A program made the position numbers and the translations under genes. 64,000 nucleotides of DNA, taken from NCBI RefSeq assembly GCF_006345805.1, contig NC_042997.1, positions 204,042,001 through 204,106,000 of the forward strand, in the 5' to 3' direction. Shown in pieces: positions 12,680 through 24,964 of this stretch. Below the pieces are notes generated by a model that saw only the letters and a program-made list of their open reading frames with translations, had not been told where the DNA came from and made no database searches. Origin of the DNA: Octopus sinensis (lineage: Eukaryota). The first letter of the stretch is position 1; each line of letters begins with the position of its first letter.

Positions 12680-13090
12680 AAGGTGGTATGATGGCAGAAT
12701 CGTTAGCACGCCGGGCAAATTGCTTAGCGATATTTCATCTGCTGCTATGTTCTGAGTTCAAATTCCGCCGAGGTCGGCTTTGCCTTTCATCCTTTCGGGG
12801 TCGATTAAATAAGTACCAGTTACGCACTGGGGTCGATGTAATCGACTTAATCCGTTTGTCTGTCCTTGTTTGTCCCCTCTGTGTGTAGCCCATTGTGGCT
12901 AGTAAAGAAATAGGTATTTCGTCCGTCTTTATATTCTGTGCTCAAATTCCGCTGAGGTCAACTTTGCTTTTCATCCTTTCGGGGTCGATAAAATAAGTAC
13001 CAGTTGAATACTGTGGTCGATGTAAATGATTTCCCCCCCCCCCCATCCCCGAACATGCTGGCTGGCCTTGTGCCAAAATTTGAAACGAAT
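12680..13090 (+). mobile_element. SINE family A with a partial second internal unit
   Basis: Head at ~12682, junction aaagaaataggtatttcg at ~12905, and a second unit ending in the alternative tail gccttgtgccaaaatttgaaac. Confidence 0.8.
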
Positions 13091-14313
13091 ATATTAAGGT
13101 CACACACAAATTTTTAGATAATTTTATTTCAAAATTCTTGTCACAAAATTATTCAAATTACAAGTAAAATCTGAAATCTAAAGTTATCTAAAATTTATTT
13201 TAAACCTCATTTATTTCTGAGTGCAGCTAGATTCCCCGTTCTTGATAAACATTCCACTAGCATACACATGGTGTCACATTCGTGATGTTCTTGAATAACC
13301 GTCATTTTGTATGGTGGGAACTTGTGACTGAATTGCAAATTCTCCTGACAATTCTATCAGACAATTCCAAAGCGGAAGCATAGGCGCAGGCGTGGCTGTG
13401 TGGTAAGAAGTTTGCTTCCTGAGCACATGGCTCTGAGCTCAGTCCTACTATGTGGAATCTTGGGCAAGTGTCTTCTTACTATCATCATCATCTGCCACGT
13501 TTGGACGGTGCTTTTTACGTGTCACCGGCATGGGTGTCTTAACTACAATTTCCATTTGAATTTTTATTTTGATGTTGATGTACTTGACTCAATAGGTCTT
13601 CTCAAGAACAGCGGGTCACTCTATGATCCAAGGTTAGCACAGCAGGCCTTCCTGCAAGCCATGAACTCACTTCATTTGTCGGGTCTTCGAAATCACAGTA
13701 TATCTCCAGAGGTCTCGGTCTTTCGTCATAGCCTTGGAATTAGTAGATGGAAACTGAATGAAGTTAGTCATCATGCCAGTATGGAAGGTGGTGTTAAACA
13801 ATGATGTGTGTGTCCCACCTCTGCTTCACGACTGGTACTGATGTGTTTACATACCCATAACTTAGTGGTTCAGCAAAAGAGACCGATAGAATAAATATGA
13901 AGTTTAAAAAAATAATACTCGAGTTGATTCATTCAATTAAAATTCTTCAGGGTTTCAGTCCAACGGCTGAAACAAATAAAAGATAAAAAAAGTTCAGGGG
14001 CTGACTGTTTAGAAGATTTCAGAAAGACTTTCATAGCTTGGGCGTTTTCTGGAGTTAGAACACCCTGGGGGTCCTCTGGTGGTTTTCTTTTTAGCACTGA
14101 GCTGGTGGCCCTGAAATTTTGAGTCTATATCAGTATGGGGTTTTGATCTGGAGTAGCATCATTTTGATTAAGTGGGAATAATACGAGAAGGGTGCTGCTG
14201 CATTGCAATCACAGATTCACCATTATTGATAAACATTTTCAACATCAAATGCATGAGTTACCCATGAGGGTAACCAAAAAAAAAATACCCACATAAAGAC
14301 ATCATCAGCACCT

Positions 14314-14600
14314 CTGGAGGCACGTGGCCTAGTGGTTAGAGCAGCGGACTCGCGGTCGAGGGATCGCGGGTTCGAATCTCAGACCGGGTGACGTGTGTGT
14401 TTATGAGCGAAACACCTAAGGTCCACGTGGCTCCGGCAGAAGGTAATGGCGAACTTCTGCTGACTCTTTCGCCATAACTTTCTCTCACTCTTTCCTCCTG
14501 CATCTTGCAGCTCACCTGCGACGGACCGGCGTCCGTCCAGGTGGGGAATCTATACGCCAAGGAAACCGGCCCGGCTCGAGAAGGAATAAACAACAACAAC
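14314..14600 (+). mobile_element. full-length young tRNA-derived SINE family C
   Basis: A box TGGCCTAGTGG, B box GGTTCGAATC, intact CpGs, (CAA)n tail, and a 15-bp TSD ACATCATCAGCACCT at 14299-14313 and 14601-14615. Confidence 0.9.
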
Positions 14601-15818
14601 ACATCATCAGCACCTGTCTAACTTTACTAACACCATACCAGCAGCTGTGTAAAACTGCACTCTGTATATTTCTGTCTATCCTGATTTACATGAATTTTTT
14701 GGTGGTGGTTTTTGATGACAGAATCCAAGAACTCCAAGAAGAAATAACTAATTCTCCCTCCTCACCTACAAACAAGGTAACTTACGGTTTAATGAAAGTC
14801 TCTTTATCTTCAGGACTAAAGCTTATAAATGTGGAAGGATGGGGATAGTGGAATGTATTATATATTGTTGTTTTTATTTATGTTCCATGCCTACAGACAT
14901 TGGTGATTGTGGACCTTCTTTCTCTCCTGTTTCAAACACAATTTAGTCAGTCCTTCTGGTCAGCTGGTAAGACACCCGAGTATCTTCTGCCTTTGTTTCT
15001 CCCAGTTTCTTCTTCCTTTCAAATGAATATATTCTTACAGATTAAAATATATAAATATATCACACTACACCCAAAATAATTTGTTGCTTCTTAAATATCT
15101 TTGTATAAAGAACCCTAAACCACCCCTATATAAAAGCTGAAGATTCTCCCCTTCCCTCTTTGATCAGCTTGGGGTTTGTTATCTTTTTACGAGCTCTGTG
15201 GTTTTTGCAGCTGGTTACCTTCCTATTCTTAACTCTCATGGTTTTGTGAAACAGATGGATTGATATTTTCAACATATTTTACTGTTCACTATGAGTTCTG
15301 TCTTGAGATTGAGGAAACATCTTGTTTATGAAAGAAAAACAAAATCTGTTTCACCCTTTTCATACCCATCCACCTGAGACTGTCTCTGGTTCTAAAATAT
15401 AAACTTACTATTTTAAAATGATTTAAATGAAAACTTACCACCAAAATTTCAAGCTAATTTATGTTTCAAACGACTAAATTCTTCATAATGTTTTTTCTTT
15501 CAAAAGTTGACATGAAAGCACTTTAACTGAAATATGGTAAAGAAAGGATTAAAGCAGTAGAAAATATTGGATCAATTTTCTTTTTAACTTTTACTAAAAG
15601 CTGGTAAGGCTACAGTCATTTCAGTGAGTTTATCGAGTGTTACTAACCAGAGGGAAACTGGACATCTGGCTTTTATCTGGTTTGCTTCAGAATATCTCTT
15701 TGGGCTATATTGAATTGTATGAAATTATCTTATCGTATATTTTCTTTTTTCGAAGTAAGTTCATGCATATATATATATATATATATATATACAAACATGC
15801 ATATATATATATATAATA

Positions 15819-17130
15819 TCGTCGTCGTCGTTTAACGTCCGTTCCCATGCTAGCATGGGTTGGACGGTTCGACCGGGTTTGGGAAGCCAGAAGGCTGCAC
15901 CAGGCTCCAGTCTAATTTGGCAATGTTTCTACAGCTGGATGCCCTTCCTAACGCCAACCACTCCGTGAGTGTAGTGGGTGCTTTTTACGTGCCACCTGCA
16001 CAGGTGCCAGACGGGGCTGGCAACGGCCACGGTCAGATTGGTGTATTTTATGTGCCACCGGCACGGAAGCCAGTCGAGGCGGTGCTGGCATCGGCCACGA
16101 GTTGGATAGTGCTTTTTACGTACCACCAGACCAGGGATCCTGGCTGGTTCAATTCGATTTCGATTTCGCTTGCCCCAACATGTCTTCACAAGCAAAGGGG
16201 GTTGGCAAGGGTGCCTGTCGTACGGTCGCATTGGAGTATTTTACGTGCCACGGCCACGAGTCGGATAGTGCTTTTTACGTACCACCAGACCAGGGATCCT
16301 GGCTGGTTCAATTCGATTTCGATTTCGCTTGCCCCAACATGTCTTCACAAGCAAAGGAGGTTGGCATGGGTGCCTGTCGTACGGTTGCATTGGAGTATTT
16401 TACGTGCCACGGCCACGAGTCGGATGGTGCTTTTTACGTACCACCAGGCCAGGGATCCTGGCTGGTTCAATCGGTTCGATTTCGATTCGCTTTTTCTTGC
16501 CCCAACATGTCTTCGCAAGCATGGGGGGTTGGCATGGGTGTCTGTCGTCGGATGAGGTTCTATATCGACTTCGCTTGCCTCAGCCGGTCTTTGTGTCCAA
16601 GGGAGGAAAGGCATTCATAAGTGGGTGGGCTCACTTGTCCTGCCTGGTCTTCTCACGTACAGAATATTTCCAAAGGTCTCGGTCTCTGGTCATTTCCTCA
16701 GTGAGGCCTAAAGTTCGAAGGTCGTGCTTCACCACCTCGTCCCAGGTTTTCCTGGGTCTACCTCTCCCACGGGTTCCCTCAACTGCTAGGGATTGGCACT
16801 TTCTCACACACCTATCTTCATCCATTCTCGTCACATGACCATACCAGCGCAATCGTCTCTCTTGCACACCACAACTGATGCTTCTTAGGTACAACATTTC
16901 TCTCAAGGTGCTAACGCTCTGTCGAGTATGTACACTGACATTACACATCCATCGGAGCATACTGGCTTCATTCCTCACGAGCTTACGCATGTCCTCAGCA
17001 GTCACGGCCCATGTTTCGCTGCCATGTAGCATGGCTGTTCGTACACACGCATCATACAGTCTGCCTTTTACTCTGAGCGAGAGGCTTTTAGTCACCAGCA
17101 GAGGTAAGAGCTCCCTAAACTTTGCCCAGG
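15819..17130 (-). mobile_element. 5'-truncated RTE-clade LINE: ORF C-terminus (17130-16631), ~810-nt 3' UTR and (GAC/GAT)n tail
   Basis: KGRLYDACVRTAMLHGSETW...EASMLRWMC...RRLRWYGHV.RM......GRGRPRKTW......DR..W motifs, uninterrupted. The UTR has a 159-bp triplication (16093/16252/16411). Confidence 0.92.
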
Positions 17131-17404
17131 CTATTCTTATTCTTATTCTTATTCTAGGCTATTAGAATAAGAATAAGAATAGCCTGAAACATATATGTAT
17201 GTGTGTGTGTGTATGTATTTATATATGTGCATGTATGTGTGTGTGTGTATGTATTTATATATGTGCATGTGTGTGTATGTGTGCATATGTATATATATAT
17301 GCATGTTTGTATATATATATATATGTATATATATATGCATATGTGTGTATACATATATATATGTGTGTTGTGTTGTGTATATATAATACATATAGATGTC
17401 ACAG

Positions 17405-17990
17405 TGTTGGTCAGACCATCAGACGCTATTATATACTGCTGCTCACAACACACTTCCAATTCTGTCTTGACTGCACCATTCTTCTCCATCTTGACCCCCA
17501 ATTGCTTAAGTAGATCATCATCTCATCATTGTGGAGGCCTTCCAAGAGGTCTTTCTGATCTCTTGGACACCTCTTGACAACTGCCCTGGCCCACCTGTTG
17601 TCTGTGAACCATTGCAACATGTCTGCCCCAGCGGAACTTGTACGTCTTTTCAATTGGTCATTCTCCAAAGACATCATTTGTGAACCAATGCTGTCTTCAC
17701 TCTTGTATCCAGTTTTGCTGTGTTTCCTCCATTTCTTTCTAGCTTTCGCAAATCCTTTGCATTCTGTATCCACGTCTCACTACCATGCAACATTATGCTC
17801 TGCACTCAAGCATCATACAATCTGATCTTTAATTGAACAGAGAATCCCTTTATTGCCTGCAGAGTTAATGGATCCTTGAACATTTTCCGTCGTTTTTACT
17901 CTGGCTTCTATGCTCTCAGAGAAGCACTATCCATTGCTAATTAGATCACAGAGGTAATAAAATCTGCCAACTCTATCTTGTAGGGAATAT
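17405..17990 (-). mobile_element. old frameshifted RTE/RTE-X-type LINE 3' fragment
   Basis: Minus-strand fragments ...RWGRHVA / FTDNRWARAVV..CPRDQK / RPLGRPPQ resemble the RTE-type C-terminal motif. Confidence 0.55.
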
Positions 17991-18165
17991 ACAAGGCATT
18001 TGAAGAAATTTACACATATATTATATATATATAGTAAATTGCGAATACCCACCTTAATAATTTATAGTTCTCACTTCACCATTTTTTCCTTTGGTGTTTC
18101 CTTTGGTGTTTTCTATAAGACTGACAAGGTGACTTAAGTTCTTTAACCCTTGGCAACAAAGTAAT

Positions 18166-18215
18166 GAGTCACTGAAGAAGAATAACCAACTCTGAAATCA
18201 GTGCTGATATGATTC
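18166..18215 (+). ncRNA. minimal type-I hammerhead ribozyme (PLE-type)
   Basis: GAGTCA-CTGAAGA-AGAAT aacca ACTCT-GAAA-TCAG tg CTGA-TA^-TGATTC. It has a 6-bp stem I (one G-U), a near-palindromic stem III and an AUA triplet. Confidence 0.75.
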
Positions 18216-18361
18216 CATCTAGCTTGCCATAGGGAGTCTGTCTCCCCTGTTAATCATTAGGAAAGTGCTCTCATGTGGCTAAGAGTTGTTTTGCCTCTTA
18301 TGTCAAACCTGGTATCGTCTCTTATTCTGGTCAGTTGCTAGGATCTGTTATTCCTTAATAT

Positions 18362-18717
18362 TCTTTTATTCCTTTACTTGTTTCAGTCATTTGACTGTGG
18401 CCATGCTGGAGCATCGCCTTTAGTCGAAGAAATCATCCCCCGGATTTATTCTTTGTGAGCCTAGTACTTATTCTATTGGTCTCTTTTGCTGAACTGTTAA
18501 GTTACGGGAATGTAAACACACCAACATCGATTGTCAAGAATGATTGACACACACACATTTACACATATATGACGGCTTCTTTCAGTTTCCGTCTATCAAA
18601 TCCACTCAAGGCTTTGATTGCCTTGAGGCTACAGTAGAAGACACTTGCCCAAGGTGCCATGCAGTGAGACTGAACCTGCAACCATGTAGTTGGTAAGCGA
18701 GCTTACCACACAGCCAC
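18362..18717 (-). mobile_element. SINE family B
   Basis: Reverse complement of the 4782-5177 element. Confidence 0.8.
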
Positions 18718-20292
18718 AAGTAGGTGGGGGTTGCATCTTTAGCCTGGAGTAATATGAGGTTAGTATTGATTTCTCTATCTTATATGCTTGTCCCTCTTTC
18801 ATACATTAGCTTTTCAACACTTGGTATGAAACCACTGGCTCCTCTCAAATACTCTCCCCTCCCACCTTGTTGAGGGGGCGATTTCCTTTTTTACTCTTCT
18901 TGTCTTGCAAGTTCCTTAGTGACCCCACTAGTGCCAGTGGCATGAAGAAAGAACACCCAGTACGCTCGATGAAATGATCAGCTTTCGGATGGGCATCTAG
19001 TTGTAGAGACCATGTTGAAGCTTGATGCAGCTCTGTGGCTCACTGGATTCTGTTGAACTGTTCACCTCATGCTGGCATTAAACGATAATGAGCCGCTAAT
19101 TAAAGTACTTCTCATGTGAAGATAATGATTAGTAAAATCCACTTAGGCTGCATCATCATCATCATCATACGCCTGTTTTCCATGCTAGCATGGGTTAGAC
19201 AGTTCGATTGGGGTCTGGGAAGCCAGGAGGCTGCACCAGGCTCAAGTCTGATCTGTCAGTGTTTCTACAGCTGGTTGCCCTTCCTAACATCAACCACTCC
19301 AAGAGTGTAGTGGGTGCTTTTTACGTGCCACCGGCACAGGTGCCAGGGGAGGCTGGCAACGGCCATGATCAGTTGGTGCTTTTTACGTGTCACCATCACG
19401 GAAGCCAGTCAAGGTGGTGCTGGCATCGAGCACATACGGACGTTGCTTTTTATGTGCCACTGGCACAGGTGCCAGGGGAGGCTGGCAACGGCCACGATCG
19501 GTTGGTGGTTTTTACGTGCCACCGACACGGTGCATGCCTTATTATATATTTGAAGAGTTGTGAGGGTATTTGGCTCACGATCATAAGGTTATGAGTTCAA
19601 TTCCTGGTGATGCATTCTGTCCTTGAGCAAGACACTTTATTTCACATTGCTATCAGCTTGCAAAAATGAGTGGTACCTGCAATTCAAAGGGCCAGCCTGG
19701 TCACATTATGGGTGTCATGCTGAATCTCCCTGAGGACTGTGTTAAGGGGATACGTGTCTGTGGAGTGCTGACGCACTTGTCATCATAATTGATGGAGTGC
19801 CATTTATCACATTTGAAGGGCACAGTGTCACCCCTGCCGACCCCCAACATTCTTTGTAGATTGCTGACTTTGTTAGGTTGTAACGCTTCAGCCACAATTT
19901 CTCTGCATTAACCTTGGTTTTGCAACTCGATAGATTCAAAGATGATGATGGTTTTGTAGAGGTTCTGTTTTCAGGTGAGTAAGAGAACAAGGGTGGGTGT
20001 TGTGAGGGTGGTTGTTGTCTGTCTGTCAGTCAAGAATGTATGCGAGGGTTGATACTATTTTTGAATTCCACCAAATGTACATGTGAGGTTGAGAGAGTGA
20101 GAAATGTAGGTATATTATGGCCGTCTGTTGTAACGATGGATTCGTTAATCAGAAATGTAATTAATCTTTCTGTTTAACATTTCAACTCTTTAGAAGTTGA
20201 TGGAGCTGCTGCCAGCATTGATAATAGATGATTTCTTTGTAGAAATGGAATCTCGTGTTGGTATTAAGACATGAATATAATGAACTGTGATT

Positions 20293-20548
20293 GAGCAGGA
20301 TTAACATGGGATAGAGCAGGATTAATGTGAGCTGAAGCAGGATTAATGTGAGATGGAGCAGGATTGACGTGCGATGGAGCAAGATTAACGTGAGTTAGGA
20401 GCAGGATTGACATGAGGTAAGAGCAGGATTGACGTGAGGTAGGAGCAGGATTGACGTGAGGTAGGAGCAGGATTGACGTGAGGTAGGAGCAGGATTGACA
20501 TGAGATAGGAGCAGGATTGGCATGAGGAAGGAGCAGGAATGACATGAA
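20293..20548. repeat. 22-bp minisatellite (GAGCAGGATTGACGTGAGGTAG)n, ~12 copies
   Basis: Directly visible. Central copies are identical and outer copies diverged. Confidence 0.9.
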
Positions 20549-23024
20549 TCCTGTAATGGTAATGTGAACAAGATTTAATAATGAGCACTGAACTCTGAAA
20601 TAGTATGAATAAGTCCTGGGGTCGATTTGTATGACTAAGGTTGGTGCTCCAGCAGGGTCGCAGTCAAATGGCTGAAACAAATAAAAGAATGAAATTTTGA
20701 CGGAAGCTTATAATTTAGCTCACTTTAACACCTAGCATTTGTATCATACAATTAGGGGTATTTTCAGGCAGGTGGCTATCAAATGGGTTGAAATACAACA
20801 TTACTGTTACTTGTGGTTTAGGTCGGAATGGTTAATATTAGCAATTTCATCAATGAAGAACTTGTTTCAGGAGTCGATGTGTTTGAGCAGCAACTGGTGA
20901 AAATAGATTCTGAAACAAAGGAGATTGATGGGGAGTTTATTATTCACTGAAACAGCTATGCAGATAGAACTGTAATACAGATGTTCGTTTAGTTCCTCTT
21001 GTTGTTGATGAGAATGGTGAGGGGACGAGCGGTTCCACTGATGTTGATTGCGTTCTTCTTGTTTGTGTCATGAACAAAGGAAGTCTTGTTCAATTTCCCC
21101 ATTTCCTGGATTGTTAAATGCTCTTTTCTTTGGTTCTGATCAAGTCATACCTTCCTCAGATATTCTGAATGCCTGTGTGTGTGTGTGTGTCGGCCAGCTG
21201 GACTGGCCTGATGTTTGCAGATGTTATATTTACTGGTTTGTGTTTGTTGAAAGCTGTTGCTTGAATTAGTTGTTACATTACTTGCGGGACACCACGACCA
21301 GACCTGAATAGGTCACCAGAATGCAGTTGCTAATGTGATTCTATTGTAGCCTTGTAAATGGACTTGCTTCACTGAAACTGAAAGAAGCCATGTGTGTGTG
21401 TGTGTGTGTGTGTGTGCACATGTGCCATGCACACGCGCATATATATGGATGGATGGAAGGTTGCGAGCTGGCAGAAACGTTAGCATGCTGGGCGAAATGC
21501 TTAGCAGTATTTCGTCGGCCGTTACGTTCTGGGTTCAAATTCCGCCGAGGTCGACTTTGCCTTTCATCCTTTCGGGGTCAATAAATTAAGTACCAGTTAC
21601 GCACTGGGGTCGATGTAATCGACTTAATCCCTTTGTCTGTCCTTGTTTGTCCCCTCTGTGTTTAGCCTCTTGTAGGTAGTAAAGAAATATATATATCATC
21701 ATCATCATCATCATCGTTTAACGTCCGTTCTCCATGCTAGCATGGGTTGGACGGTTCGACCGGGGATCTGGGAAGCCAGAAGGCTGCACCAGGCTCCAGT
21801 CTTATCTGGCAATGTTTCTACAGCTGGATGCCCTTCCTAACGAGGTGTGTGTTACTATCTCCTTGCCTTGAAATCTCATGATAGTTTTAAACGAGTGCCA
21901 CTCTCATGCAAGCAGCGTCTTTCGTTTCCAGTCTTCCATGAAAATATGTCTGGTCTGAGGAAGAGGGTAAGTTATATGATTAGGCCAGAGACCTTTTACT
22001 GTAGAAGGCAAGAGAGAGTTCTGTATAATGTGGTAGAAAGATGTCTGGATCCATAACAAATACTTTTGGTTTCATTTCAACCACCACATCCTCAATAACT
22101 CTCTTTTAATCTTTTCTTCTGCCTCCTCATTAAAGAGCCTGTTGCAGTGTGACATGTCACATCTCTTCCTTTCCTCACATTAATTAAATTTACCTTAATT
22201 ACTCCACTGCTAATTTGAAAATGAGTTTTGTTTTATTTTATTTTATTTGGTAAACATTGATGCAGGCATGGCTGTGTGGTAAGAAGCTTGCTTCACATCC
22301 ACATGGTTTTGGGTTCAGTCCGATTGTGTGGGACCTTAGGCAAGTGTCTTTTACTATAGCCCTGGGCTGACCAAAACCTTGAGAGGATTTGGTAGGCTGG
22401 AACTGAAAGAGGCCCATTGTGTGTATATATATATGTGTGTGTGTGTCCATTACCACTTAACAACAGGTGTTGGTGTGTTTATATCCCCATAACTTAGCAG
22501 TTTGACAAAAGAGACTGATAGAATAAGTACCAGGCATATAAAAAAGAAGTAGTAGGGTTGATTCATTTGACTAAAATAATTCTTGAAGCTAGTGCCCCAG
22601 CATGGCCGCATTCTAATGACTAAAGCGAGAGATGAAAGGTAATAGCATTGTTGCTTTGTTTGTTATAGATTTTCTTTGGGTCAGTCACTGAACCTTTGCG
22701 TTCTTGACAACAAGAGTGACCCGGGTTCATAGATTTTCTCATTAATAAGCACACACACACACACACACACACACTTATCAACCAGCAGCAGGCATTGGTA
22801 ACATCAACTCTGCTAAGGTTTCATGCAACGGTCAGTCTTGAGATGTGGTCAATAAATAACACTTGTCCAAGGTGCCGTGCATTGGAGCAGAACTGAGGAC
22901 CATGCAGTTATGAAATAAACAGCCCTGCCTCTAATCCATTATGTTGTGATTGTGATTTTGTTCCAAAATGTTATTTTAGAATTTGATCTTCAGTTTTTAG
23001 CGATCAGTATTTTTCTTTGATTAA

Positions 23025-24430
23025 GGCGGCGAGCTGGCAGAATCGTTAGCACGCCAGGGGAAGTGCTTAGCGGTATTCCATCTGTCTTTGCATTCCGAGT
23101 TCAAATTCCGCCGAGGTAGACTTTGCCTTTCATCCTTTCGGGGTCGATAAATTAAGTACCAGTTATGCACAGGGGTCGATATAATCGACTTAATCTGTTT
23201 GTCTGTCCTTGTTTGTCCCCTCTATGTTTAGCCCCTTGTAGGTAGTAAAGAAATAGAAATAGGTATTTCGTCTGCCGTTACGTTCTGAGTTCAAATTCTG
23301 CCGAGGTCGAATTTGCCTTTCATCGTTTCGGGGTCGATTAAATAAGTACCAGTTATGCACTGGAGTTGATGTAATGCACAGGGGTCGATATAATCGACTT
23401 AATCTGTTTGTCTGTCCTTGTTTGTCCCCTCTATGTTGAGCCCCTTGTGGGTAGTAAAGAAATAGAAATAGGTATTTCGTCTGCCGTTACGTTCTGAGTT
23501 CAAATTCTGCCGAGGTCGAATTTGCCTTTCATCCTTTCGGGGTCGATAAATTAAGTACCAGTTATGCACAGGGGTCGATATAATCGACTTAATCTGTTTG
23601 TCTGTCCTTGTTTGTCCCCTCTATGTTTAGCCCCTTGTGGGTAGTAAAGAAATAGAAATAGGTATTTCGTCTGCCGTTACGTTCTGAGTTCAAATTCTGC
23701 CGAGGTCGAATTTGCCTTTCATCCTTTCGGGGTCGATAAATTAAGTACCAGTTATGCACAGGGGTCGATATAATCGACTTAATCTGTTTGTCTGTCCTTG
23801 TTTGTCCCCTCTATGTTTAGCCCCTTGTGGGTAGTAAAGAAATAGAAATAGGTATTTCGTCTGCCGTTACGTTCTGAGTTCAAATTCTGCCGAGGTCGAA
23901 TTTGCCTTTCATCCTTTCGGGGTCGATAATTAAGTACCAGTTATGCACAGGGGTCGATATAATCGACTTAATCTGTTTGTCTGTCCTTGTTTGTCCCCTC
24001 TATGTTTAGCCCCTTGTAGGTAGTAAAGAAATAGAAATAGGTATTTCGTCTGCCGTTACGTTCTGAGTTCAAATTCTGCCGAGGTCGAATTTGCCTTCAT
24101 CGTTTCGGGGTCGATTAAATAAGTACAGTTATGCACTGGAGTTGATGTAATGCACAGGGGTCGATATAATCGACTTAATCTGTTTGTCTGTCCTTGTTTG
24201 TCCCCTCTATGTTGAGCCCCTTGTGGGTAGTAAAGAAATAGAAATAGGTATTTCGTCTGCCGTTATGTTCTGAGTTCAAATTCTGCCGAGGTCGAATTTG
24301 CCTTTCATCGTTTCGGGGTCGATTAAATAAGTACCAGTTATGCACTGGAGTTGATGTAATCGACTTAATCCCTTTGTCTGTCCTTGTTCGTCCTCTCTAT
24401 GTTTAGCCCCTTGTGGGTAGTAAAGAAATA
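23025..24430 (+). mobile_element. tandem array of SINE family A: one head plus six further head-less ~190-bp units
   Basis: The junction gaaataggtatttcg recurs at ~23262, 23471, 23661, 23851, 24040 and 24247. Confidence 0.9.
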
Positions 24431-24964
24431 AGAAACATTAGCACACTGGGAAAAATGCTCTGCAACATTTCATCCTTCTTTACGTTCTCAGTTCAAATTC
24501 CTCAAGGGTCAGTTTTGTCATTCATCCTTTTGGGGCTGAAAAAAAAAAAAATGAATACCAGTGGAGCACTGGAATCAATAAAACTGACTTACCCCCTCCC
24601 CCTTGTGCCAAAATTTGAAATCAATATCTTTCTATGATAGTGAGCAAAGCAAACATTACAAAGCACTGATCTGCAGTGTCCTTCTTCTTGTACAACAACT
24701 TCAGTGCTGAGTGTCTGCCTAGAGACTTTTGTTTTTGTATTCTAGATGTTTATGTTACTGTGTACCAATGCAAGGTCTGGCCAGCTTTTATCTCGCTCAG
24801 TGCTGTGTCATTGAGCAGTATTTTATATGTGCTGTATCACTTATCTCCAAATTCACTACAACCTACATCAGTGATCTCCAAAATTTCCACAGGGGTTCCC
24901 CATCCTTTTATTTAAATGAGTTTTCCCACAGACCCCTTTTAATATGCTTATCCTTTATATATAC

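Noticed and set aside
14314-14390. tRNA gene
   Set aside because: A and B boxes are present, but the sequence continues into a SINE body with tail and TSD, and there is no convincing acceptor stem or terminator.
14780-14817. Further decayed hammerhead-like strings (also ~34277-34330 and ~48097-48125)
   Set aside because: Each lacks an intact GAAA or CUGANGA, or has no stem I, so they are not distinguishable from chance by eye.
15975-16450. CRISPR-like pattern: ~25-bp hairpin repeats with ~35-bp spacers (also at 19310, 25800, 32480, 37920, 60100)
   Set aside because: The spacers are homologous to one another, the repeats are degenerate, there are no cas genes, and the arrays are part of an RTE LINE 3' UTR in eukaryotic DNA.
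15860-16838. Long plus-strand ORFs (231, 172 and 169 aa), and similar ORFs at 32187, 29905 and 19208
   Set aside because: They are antisense readings of the repetitive GC-richer RTE UTR. The recurring 'FLQLDALPNANH' is a repeat signature, not a protein family.
19900-21330. Possible decayed retroelement coding region around the minisatellite
   Set aside because: No RT, GIY-YIG or gag motif was recoverable in the frames I translated.
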